Below, piece after piece: positions 48,903 to 57,689 of a stretch of 64,000 bases of DNA. Below the pieces are notes generated by a model. The model saw only the letters and a list, made by a program, of their open reading frames with translations, ran no database searches and was not told the origin of the DNA. The stretch lies in IMG/VR virus record IMGVR_UViG_3300002056_000074; one strand, given 5' to 3'. Position 1 is the first letter of the stretch; each line of letters begins with the position of its first letter. Made by a program: the position numbers and the translations under genes. The stretch comes from a virus.

Positions 48903-51210
48903 CCCACAAAATCCACTCTCACAATTTAGATCGTATTCCGCCATTCAAGTTCTTATTATGGCTGATACACCAGAAACAGCTAATATTTTAGCTGAATCTA
49001 ATTTCTCGTTTCAACGAGATACTACCGATCCTAGTCAAATTTATAATGTTAGGAATATTTTAGGTAGACCTAATAATAGATTTGTTTTTTTATATGATGG
49101 TAGATCAGATACCAATTTTTATATTGAGGATGTTGAATGGGAAACTATTTTAGCACCAAAATATGGAAAGCCGGGAGAACAGACTAGAACACAGACTATT
49201 GAAACTGAAGGTAATATGAAAATTATAGAACCTTTGGGAGTAAGTTTTCTTGAGACTATGGTGACATCAACTTCTAATTTAGGTGTTGATCCAAACAGTA
49301 TAGTTTTTGTTTTAAAAACTATATTTGTTGGACATACATTGACGGGTGAACAGACGGTTATCTCATATGTAAAACCATTTATTTTTAAACTCATTGATTT
49401 AAAAGCGGATATTAAATCATCACAATCAGAATATTCGATAACCTTTTTTGGTCTTGCCAATGGGGTCACTTCATTACCACAAATTTCAAATATTTCGAAT
49501 GGAATGTCTCTTCATTTGCAACGTGGTATGACGTTATCACAAGCACTTCAAGTTTTATTTGATCGGATTAATGACCGATATGAAGAAAATTTTGAAAAAT
49601 TGAAAACTGAATCTGATTATGAAGGGTTTGAAGAAAAGTTTTCACGAGTTAAATATACTGTACAAACAGATCCAGAATATTCATCATCTGTATTTGAAGT
49701 TGGTAAGGATGTGCCACATGATCAATCAATTACATTAGAGGATGGCTCAAAGGCCATACAAATTAAGATACGTGATCAGGCAAGTATTGAAACTGCGATG
49801 AAAACTATATTTAATTTGTGTCCCTATTTGTCAACTGATGCTACTCGCCCTTTAGATTTAGATAATGATAGGAGATATACTCCAAAAATAACATCGACTG
49901 TTAGACCATCAAATGATGGAACTTATAACGTTGAATTTTCTGTCCAGCGATTTGAAACGTTATTTCAACGACCCGGTGAACGATTTGAACCTCAACCGGG
50001 CGAATACATCGAATTTGATTATATGTTTACAGGAAAAAATATTGATATTATTGATCTCGATATAAAAATGGATATGGGACTATCATTCTTTTATACTGGA
50101 TTAGTAGCTTCTAATGAACCAAAATCACAAGGTGCAATGGAGGCTAAGTTAATTAATGAGCCAGCAGTTGTTTCGGTTAAAAGTTCAATTGAAGGTTCTG
50201 CTAATAGTGCAGCAGGGACTGATCGAATTCTTCCGGGGAGAAAGGCACCATTATTCTTGGGTTTGGATGTTAAAAATCGAGATGTGCAAAATACACTCAA
50301 TCCAGTATCTGCAGCATCATTTGATCAGATGCTAGAACGTCAGGCAAGATTGGAGAGTGTACAGACAAATTTAACAATACACGGGAATCCAACAATTCTT
50401 AATGATCTTAATGTGACATATAATGAATTAATACCGGGAAATAATACTCCAATTGATTCCGTTTCGGGTACGGGAACTCAAAACTTTTATAAAACACCAT
50501 CAGTAGCAAAAGTGAATATAAAATATCCAACCAATAAAGAATTAGATGCAGTTGAAGATTTTTGGTATAGAGGATTTTACACTATCTTATCTATAAAGAA
50601 TGTATTTAAGGGTGGAAAGTTTACACAAGATTTGACGATGTTTAGTATCCCGCAGTCCGATGACACCGATTTATCATCTACTACAACATCTACACGTTCC
50701 ACAACAACATCAAGATCAAATGTTGCATTTACTAAAACACCAGAATCGGTTGTCATTCCAAATTCAATCCCTGAAGATTTGGTATTGGATGTAGATTATG
50801 CGGTTAAAAAAGGTGTTAATATTGAAAACTTATCACCCAAAATTGCTGCAGCAATTCCAGTAGTAGCCGCAGTGTGGCGAGAAGTAACTGATCCAGAGAA
50901 TGGACCATCACCCACAGGGGGGAGGATTATTCCAGTAATAACATCGGGTAATGATGGGGTACGTAATGAAAACTCCCTACATAATGATGATCTCGCTATT
51001 GACGTTCGGGGTAATAATGTTGACTTTGATGTTATTAATCATCCAAATGGTTGGCGTATGGAAGGCATGTTAAAAAGTCGATTGGGATCAGATTTTGATG
51101 TTTTATTTGAAGTATTCAAAGATAATAGACCCAATACACACTTCCATATAGAGTATGATCCTGATCCTACGACTCAGGGCATAGTAGAAGTAGAGGAGGA
51201 TTCTGCATAA
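48895..51210 (+). CDS. Baseplate hub protein (gp27-like) with C-terminal M15-family Zn peptidase
   Basis: L.IHGNP and GFY.IL.IKN.F.GGKFTQ.L hub motifs; Ser/Thr linker; ITSGND...SLH...LAIDVR...HFHIE. Confidence 0.7.
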   Translation: MSNPQNPLSQFRSYSAIQVLIMADTPETANILAESNFSFQRDTTDPSQIYNVRNILGRPNNRFVFLYDGRSDTNFYIEDVEWETILAPKYGKPGEQTRTQTIETEGNMKIIEPLGVSFLETMVTSTSNLGVDPNSIVFVLKTIFVGHTLTGEQTVISYVKPFIFKLIDLKADIKSSQSEYSITFFGLANGVTSLPQISNISNGMSLHLQRGMTLSQALQVLFDRINDRYEENFEKLKTESDYEGFEEKFSRVKYTVQTDPEYSSSVFEVGKDVPHDQSITLEDGSKAIQIKIRDQASIETAMKTIFNLCPYLSTDATRPLDLDNDRRYTPKITSTVRPSNDGTYNVEFSVQRFETLFQRPGERFEPQPGEYIEFDYMFTGKNIDIIDLDIKMDMGLSFFYTGLVASNEPKSQGAMEAKLINEPAVVSVKSSIEGSANSAAGTDRILPGRKAPLFLGLDVKNRDVQNTLNPVSAASFDQMLERQARLESVQTNLTIHGNPTILNDLNVTYNELIPGNNTPIDSVSGTGTQNFYKTPSVAKVNIKYPTNKELDAVEDFWYRGFYTILSIKNVFKGGKFTQDLTMFSIPQSDDTDLSSTTTSTRSTTTSRSNVAFTKTPESVVIPNSIPEDLVLDVDYAVKKGVNIENLSPKIAAAIPVVAAVWREVTDPENGPSPTGGRIIPVITSGNDGVRNENSLHNDDLAIDVRGNNVDFDVINHPNGWRMEGMLKSRLGSDFDVLFEVFKDNRPNTHFHIEYDPDPTTQGIVEVEEDSA

Positions 51211-51211
51211 T

Positions 51212-53050
51212 ATGGGAAACTTGATACGAGGGTTCATAGAAGATGCAGATCCACCACCACCATCATCTATAACGATTGGTGTTGTAGTTGGTATAGGAGA
51301 TGGAAATCAACTGGGTAGGATTCAAGTAAGATGTGCATCATGGGGTGATGCTAAATTACCAGATCACTTGGTGCCTTGGGCTAGATATTGCTCCTCATTT
51401 GCAGGTACTACAAATGATATTCCACGAGGTAGAGATGCTGACAAATCGGTGGGAACTATAGCTTACGGTCAATGGATGATTCCCGAGGTTGGAAGTCGAG
51501 TAATTACCATCATATTAGATAATGATCCCAATCAACGATATTGGATTGGCGCTGCCCATGACATTTATTATTCACATACCATGCCTCATGGTCGTTTTTT
51601 AGAAGATAAACTACCAAGAACTTCATCCGAGGAACTCATTCAACCACTCGCAAGGAACTTGGCCACCGCATTCAATTCTAAATTTGATAGTCCTGAATAC
51701 GCAACCCGTGGAATGGATAGACAAGTTTCTGGAATTAAACAACAAGATATTGGTGACGAAGCTACAGTCAGTAAACAATCCGATGAATTAGATCAAGTGA
51801 TCGAAAGTTATGATGGGAGTACCATAAAACGTTCTCAGGGTTATTCTTCTGGAATTGTGTCTGCATTATATTCTCAAACAACTCCGGGATTCCATTCATT
51901 TTCAATGGATGATGACTTGGACCACTGTAGAATTAAATTACGAACTACATCTGGTCATCAAATTATCATGGATGATACTAATGAGAGAATTTATATTAGT
52001 ACTGCACAGGGAAAAACATGGATCGAGATTGATGAAAAGGGGACCATTGATATTTACGGATCTCAGGATATTTCATTAAAGGCAGATGGCGACTTAAACT
52101 TAAGTGCAAAGAAAACTATTAGAATGTCGGGTGGAGAAGGTGTACATATTGCATCTGCAACTGAATTGCGAATGCATTCGGGGACCGATACTCATATTCG
52201 AGCAGATGGTGATATAAAATCACATACAACAAATCTTAAACTTTCTACTGATGAAAATATGGAATTTAAAGTTGGTCAGGAGTTTCAACATCTTGCCAAT
52301 AGTATGATTATCAACTCAGAATCTTCATATGATTTGGATGTAGTTGATATTTATACAATGAAAAGCTCTGATTATGAATTTGATGGAACCAATGTAAATG
52401 TAAATTCAGGAAATGTTGTTATCGAGTCTGGAAACTTATCGGTAGGGTCAAATGCTAATATAAGTGGAGTTGCACGGGCATCAACCTTAGTGTCATCTGG
52501 AGTTGTTCAAGCCGCTTCTGCAGCTATAGCTGGTGGCGTATCTGCTAGCGGTATATCTGCTAGTGGATCAATATCTTCATCAGGATCAATCGCTACAGCC
52601 GGAGATGTTATTGCTGGTGGTGTCTCACTGGGTTCACATACTCATGTCTACATCGCTTCACAACAACCTATCGGTCCCGCAAATACAGCATCTGCCATTC
52701 CAACATCAGGGATTCCATCCCCTACACCATCCCCCGAAACTCCACTTTCACCCGAAACTCCAATACGAGCACCAGCCAATCCTGCAATATCAACAGCAGC
52801 TGCAGCTGCAGAGTTGCCTGCATATGCAGTATCTCGCGCACCAACCAGAGAACCTTACACTAGAAGTTATCTTGATCGGGATAGAACTGATAAGGATGTG
52901 ACTGGGGAATCTGCACTAGATGTCATTGAAGTATTAAAAACTGATGATGTTGATTCTATTCTAGAATATGAATCTACTAACAAATTAGCGGGAACAGGTA
53001 GTAGTAAACGGGGTATTAGATTTAATAGAAACGCAAGATGGCGACGTTAA
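51212..53050 (+). CDS. gp5: Baseplate central spike (gp5/VgrG-like OB-fold + beta-helix)
   Basis: GRIQVR, PWA, W.IPEVGS.V, GHQI.MDD..ERIYI....G..WIE.D..G.IDIY, GVSLGSHTH. Confidence 0.85.
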   Translation: MGNLIRGFIEDADPPPPSSITIGVVVGIGDGNQLGRIQVRCASWGDAKLPDHLVPWARYCSSFAGTTNDIPRGRDADKSVGTIAYGQWMIPEVGSRVITIILDNDPNQRYWIGAAHDIYYSHTMPHGRFLEDKLPRTSSEELIQPLARNLATAFNSKFDSPEYATRGMDRQVSGIKQQDIGDEATVSKQSDELDQVIESYDGSTIKRSQGYSSGIVSALYSQTTPGFHSFSMDDDLDHCRIKLRTTSGHQIIMDDTNERIYISTAQGKTWIEIDEKGTIDIYGSQDISLKADGDLNLSAKKTIRMSGGEGVHIASATELRMHSGTDTHIRADGDIKSHTTNLKLSTDENMEFKVGQEFQHLANSMIINSESSYDLDVVDIYTMKSSDYEFDGTNVNVNSGNVVIESGNLSVGSNANISGVARASTLVSSGVVQAASAAIAGGVSASGISASGSISSSGSIATAGDVIAGGVSLGSHTHVYIASQQPIGPANTASAIPTSGIPSPTPSPETPLSPETPIRAPANPAISTAAAAAELPAYAVSRAPTREPYTRSYLDRDRTDKDVTGESALDVIEVLKTDDVDSILEYESTNKLAGTGSSKRGIRFNRNARWRR

Positions 53051-53084
53051 TAGTAAATACATATTCAACTATTGAGTTTTTAAG

Positions 53085-53453
53085 ATGACGATATACAAGG
53101 GTTTTAGTAGTCACCAATTCAAACAGAATAAACAATTCGGTCAGCGCGACTTGGAATTGGTTAAAACTGATTTAATCGCACACATTTTTACTCGCCGTGG
53201 CTCTCGGGTTATGCAACCAACATTTGGCACAGGTATTCCTGATATTTTATTTGAGCCATTGGATGAAATTACTACCGAAATTATAGAGGATGATTTGCGA
53301 ACGGTATTTAATTATGATCCAAGAGTTGAGTTGATCGATTTTGATTTGCAAGTTGATGCGGAAAATAGTTCTGTCAATGCAGCTGCTCAATTATTTTATG
53401 TAGAATTAAATTTAACAGATAGTCTTGAATTGAATATTCAATTTGAGCAATAA
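53085..53453 (+). CDS. gp25: Baseplate wedge subunit (gp25-like)
   Basis: TR.G.RVM.P.FG..I...LFEP, YDPRV. Confidence 0.92.
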   Translation: MTIYKGFSSHQFKQNKQFGQRDLELVKTDLIAHIFTRRGSRVMQPTFGTGIPDILFEPLDEITTEIIEDDLRTVFNYDPRVELIDFDLQVDAENSSVNAAAQLFYVELNLTDSLELNIQFEQ

Positions 53454-53503
53454 TTAATGTTTACATCGGCAATAAATAATATGAATAAACTAGAGAGAAT
53501 TGT

Positions 53504-56500
53504 ATGAGCCGCCAACTATCAACAGCCGAAACATTTGAAACGGTGCACGCTGTATTCTCACAGATAAATTTCAATGCGTATGATTACACAACAGTAAAAA
53601 AATCTCTCCTAGATTATCTAAAAATATACTATGCAGAGGATTTTAATGATTTTATTGAATCATCTGAATTAATTGCGATCATTGAATCATTTGCTTATAT
53701 AGCAGAATTATTGTCATATCGATTAGACATGAATGCCCAAGAAAATTTTATGTCAACTGCCCAACGACGCGAATCTATTCTGCGCTTGGCAAAATTAATC
53801 TCATACAGACCTTTTAGAAACATTCCTCACCGTGGCTTGGTAAAGATTACATCAGTGACCACCACTGAACCTGTTATTGATATCGACGGTGTTAGTTTAT
53901 CAAACACTAAAATTAACTGGAATGATAGTAATAATGTTAGATGGAAAGATCAATTTCTACTTGTTATGAATCGAATATTGGAGCAGAATTTCGGAACCGT
54001 ATCCGTAGATGGTAGGACTCAAGTTGATAATGTGTTATTTGAATTATATACATTAAACAACTCAAATCGTCAAAATTCTAGAGTATTGTCATACACCACA
54101 GCAGTTTCTGATACAACATTTAATATGGAATTGGTTCCAGTTGAATTAACTGAAGATGGTCCTCGCGAACGCCGCCCAGAAGATGTATCACCCTTTAGTA
54201 TGCTTTATGCTTCAGACGGTCTAGGTGATGGTTCAGATACTACTGGATTTTTAATGTTTACTAAACAGGGTGTTTTGCAAAAGAGAGAAGCATTTTTTGA
54301 TGGGATAACACCAAACCTTTCACTTGATATACCTGTTAATAACATTAACCACACTGATGTTTTTGTCAATAATGTTAATTCTGATACAAGGAAAATTTTT
54401 ATAAATGACCCAACATCAACCGATTTTACAAATAATGATGTTAGGTTTGGTGAATGGACCGAAGTTGGTGATGAAAATTTTGAAAATGTTATCTTTAACA
54501 CCAAGTCAAGTCGTAGAAAATATCAAGTCGAAACGCTGAATAATGATCAAATTCGATTAATTTTTGGTGATGGTGAATTTTCAGATATACCTAATGGTTC
54601 GTTTGATGTATGGTTTAGAACTTCTGCCAATGACAGTCTACCAATACCAAAATCGGCAATCAGTAATGAAACTGCGTCATTTGTGTACCTTGATCCTTTA
54701 GGTAGAACACAAACATTTACATTTACGTTTTCCTTAACAGCTGCACTTCAAAATGCAAGCGAGACTGAAAGTAATGAACATATTCGACGGGTAGCTCCTA
54801 ATGTGTACTATACACAAGATAGAATGGTGAATGCGAGAGACTATAATACCTATATGCTACAAGATCCGAGAATCCTCAGATTACAAGCAGTAAACCGGAC
54901 ATTCGCAGGTGATTCAAAATACATTGCATGGCATGATCCAAGTGATAGTTATGAAGATACTAAAGTATTCGGGAACGATTTGGCGATTTTTCGTAAACGA
55001 GAAGAACCCGTAAATGGACTTACCACATTAATTAATAATGCAGTATCTCCAACTGAAGTTTTAGACAATACACTTGAGCCATTACTGTCATCGGTAGATT
55101 ATTTCCTGATTATCGTTTCGAGATTAGAAGCTGTTAGGTCAAATAATTTATCATATAGACAAACTTTTTCTGGTGATGCACTTAATGATGAACGAACATT
55201 AATCGAAACTGAGTTACAAAATTCGATTGATCAAACTAACCCCAATGGAACGATTGGAAATATTGTTAGTCTATATTTCTCTGTAGAAAATGACCAATGG
55301 ACGGTTAATAATTCTACCCAAGAGAATATTTTAATTTTTCAAATTACTCCTATTTTTGAATCTGGTAATGTACATGTGGGTTGGAAAATAGATCAGGCAA
55401 CCGATTCATTTGTAGCATATAGTGATACAACTCGTTTCTGGAATGACAACGCTTCTGACACACAACTTAATCTAAATTCACTGTTAGTAGAAAGAGATAC
55501 CCTAACCGTTCTCGCCGCAAACACAACTGCAAATAATAAATCTATCATTGGATCAGATGTTAAATTTAATGTATTGAAACGAGAATCACTCAGTGGCTCA
55601 GACCTTGATGTAATTCAGAGCTTAAATATTATACCTACTGATATCAACAATGATGAAATCCCTGATAATCTACTTCAAACTAATATTTTTGGTGATTTTA
55701 TTTTGTATTCAAAGGATGAAATTACGGATACTAATGATGTTAATTATGGAATTGATGTATTGCCATCAACAGGTGGATTCGCTAACACATTTGAATTGCC
55801 CAACAGTTATTTGCAATCATTTGAAGACGAGGATGTTGAATTATATGTTACTCGTGCAACTGGAATAACAGAGAGATTATTTTTTGGTCAAGACTGGTCA
55901 ACTCCACCACTAGGAAACCCCTCTAATTCAGACGCATCCACTGTTATCAGAACATGGGTGCAAATACGAAATACATCAACACGTACAGGAGATATCTATA
56001 AAATTAGGGCTAAGCGTTATGTATATTTCGCCCGAACTTCAACAAATGATACCTTTTCCGTGGTTGAAGATACTGAGAATGTAATATTAACTTTTTTCCA
56101 AGAAGAGACATCAGCAAATAATCAAAGACTTTATATTCGATATGAAGGTAGATATCCATTAAATTTCTCTTGGTTTCACTCAACACCTGACTTACATTTA
56201 ATTGATCCCTCTCCTAGTAATATTATAGATATGTTTGTTATTACAGAGGGATACTTCAGGAATTATAATTCATATATAAATGGTGATATTAGTTATTTGC
56301 CAAGCCAACCCTCTAGCTATGAATTATCTCAAACATTTTCTAACTTACTAACCAGTAAAATGATATCAGATACTGTCATAATGCACTCAGGCAATCTACG
56401 ACCACTATTTGGAAAAAGGGCGAAAAATTCTGATCAAGCTATAATTAAGTTAGTATTAACTCCACAGAATACGGCATCTCAGAATGATATCAAAAATAAA

Positions 56501-56764
56501 GTTATCGGCGTGGTTAGAGACTTCTTTGATATTAGTAATTGGAATTTTGGTGAAACTTTTTATTTTAGTGAACTGTCTGCTGCAATTCACTCACAACTAA
56601 GCTCAAGTGTTAGTTCGGTAGTGTTAGTACCCAATGCATCAAAATTTCAATTTGGTGATTTGTATCAAATAGAATCTTGTCAGAATGAAATTTTTGTTCC
56701 TGATATTTCAGTATCAGAAATTGACATAATCGATAATTTAACCTCATTAAACTTGAATCAATAA
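53504..56764 (+). CDS. gp6: Baseplate wedge subunit (gp6-like)
   Basis: EDFND.IESSE, A.ENF..TA.RR.S, FGDG.F..IP, AP..YYTQ.RMV...DY, W.FGE.FY.SEL. Confidence 0.9.
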   Translation: MSRQLSTAETFETVHAVFSQINFNAYDYTTVKKSLLDYLKIYYAEDFNDFIESSELIAIIESFAYIAELLSYRLDMNAQENFMSTAQRRESILRLAKLISYRPFRNIPHRGLVKITSVTTTEPVIDIDGVSLSNTKINWNDSNNVRWKDQFLLVMNRILEQNFGTVSVDGRTQVDNVLFELYTLNNSNRQNSRVLSYTTAVSDTTFNMELVPVELTEDGPRERRPEDVSPFSMLYASDGLGDGSDTTGFLMFTKQGVLQKREAFFDGITPNLSLDIPVNNINHTDVFVNNVNSDTRKIFINDPTSTDFTNNDVRFGEWTEVGDENFENVIFNTKSSRRKYQVETLNNDQIRLIFGDGEFSDIPNGSFDVWFRTSANDSLPIPKSAISNETASFVYLDPLGRTQTFTFTFSLTAALQNASETESNEHIRRVAPNVYYTQDRMVNARDYNTYMLQDPRILRLQAVNRTFAGDSKYIAWHDPSDSYEDTKVFGNDLAIFRKREEPVNGLTTLINNAVSPTEVLDNTLEPLLSSVDYFLIIVSRLEAVRSNNLSYRQTFSGDALNDERTLIETELQNSIDQTNPNGTIGNIVSLYFSVENDQWTVNNSTQENILIFQITPIFESGNVHVGWKIDQATDSFVAYSDTTRFWNDNASDTQLNLNSLLVERDTLTVLAANTTANNKSIIGSDVKFNVLKRESLSGSDLDVIQSLNIIPTDINNDEIPDNLLQTNIFGDFILYSKDEITDTNDVNYGIDVLPSTGGFANTFELPNSYLQSFEDEDVELYVTRATGITERLFFGQDWSTPPLGNPSNSDASTVIRTWVQIRNTSTRTGDIYKIRAKRYVYFARTSTNDTFSVVEDTENVILTFFQEETSANNQRLYIRYEGRYPLNFSWFHSTPDLHLIDPSPSNIIDMFVITEGYFRNYNSYINGDISYLPSQPSSYELSQTFSNLLTSKMISDTVIMHSGNLRPLFGKRAKNSDQAIIKLVLTPQNTASQNDIKNKVIGVVRDFFDISNWNFGETFYFSELSAAIHSQLSSSVSSVVLVPNASKFQFGDLYQIESCQNEIFVPDISVSEIDIIDNLTSLNLNQ

Positions 56765-56765
56765 T

Positions 56766-57110
56766 ATGAAACTTCTAAAAGAATTAAGTGAATTACAGTT
56801 CGAAGAAACGCTATTGGATGAAATGCCTGATATTTTAGAGGAGGCAGAATATCAAGGTAGGCAAGTTGAATTGAATAAGCCTATGCGAGATAGTGGGGGA
56901 AATAAAAAATTTAAAGTATATGTTAAAAATGATAAGGGGAATGTAGTAATTGTTCGATTTGGCGACCCGGATTTATCGATAAAGCGAGATGACCCTAAAA
57001 GAAGAAAATCTTTTAGGGCTAGACATAACTGTGATAATCCCGGTCCAAAATGGAAAGCTAGATATTGGAGCTGCTATCAATGGAGAGCCAATTCTAAGGT
57101 TGAGGGTTGA
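56766..57110 (+). CDS. Conserved phage hypothetical protein, possible internal head protein
   Basis: KKFKVYVKN.KGNV..V.FGDP....KRRKSFRARH.C.......ARYWSC motif seen in T4-like phages; MKLLKELSE N-terminus. Confidence 0.7.
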   Translation: MKLLKELSELQFEETLLDEMPDILEEAEYQGRQVELNKPMRDSGGNKKFKVYVKNDKGNVVIVRFGDPDLSIKRDDPKRRKSFRARHNCDNPGPKWKARYWSCYQWRANSKVEG

Positions 57111-57591
57111 CGACCGTCAACCAATTAGGAATTTGCCTATTTTTATAAGCCATTAGGGGCAACTTTTCGGTCATATACAACTTTCGATACGCATCCAAAG
57201 ATTTGTTAGACTTGCAATAATCTGGCATACATTGAGGTGGTTCGAAAAATTCACCAGCCTCTAATGTGGGTGGTGGGGTTTGTAATAAATCTATAATGCC
57301 TTTACGTTCTGTTAAATGTATTTTTTCATATCTATGTGTATACTCCAGCGCAGTTTCTTTTAGTAAATTAGCCAACCATAGATAATTATCACAATTCGCC
57401 CTCGCCCATATTGTACTTGGGTGATTTTTGTGTGTCATTTTATACAATCGATCATCAGCACTTTCACCCAATATCACTCGATGAGCAGTGCTTAAAATTT
57501 GACTATATTCTAGAATCATTTTGACCACGTGCGTGTTATACATAGATTTCGCACAGTCAGAGGGATCAGTTTCTATATAAAAAATATTCAT
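57094..57591 (-). CDS. Pyrimidine-dimer DNA glycosylase-like protein (DenV-related family)
   Basis: MNIFY...DP..CA.....HVVKMILE..Q.LSTAHR, YK.TH.NHPS..W, EYT.RY.K.H, PQCMP; extended -10 TGGTATAAT upstream. Confidence 0.75.
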   Translation of the reverse strand: MNIFYIETDPSDCAKSMYNTHVVKMILEYSQILSTAHRVILGESADDRLYKMTHKNHPSTIWARANCDNYLWLANLLKETALEYTHRYEKIHLTERKGIIDLLQTPPPTLEAGEFFEPPQCMPDYCKSNKSLDAYRKLYMTEKLPLMAYKNRQIPNWLTVVNPQP

Positions 57592-57689
57592 AAAATAATT
57601 TAATTAATTTGACTTTGATGTTATTATACCATCAAATGGAGATTGTAACACTAACCATAAATAACATCATAACAACGTAAGGTAGAACT

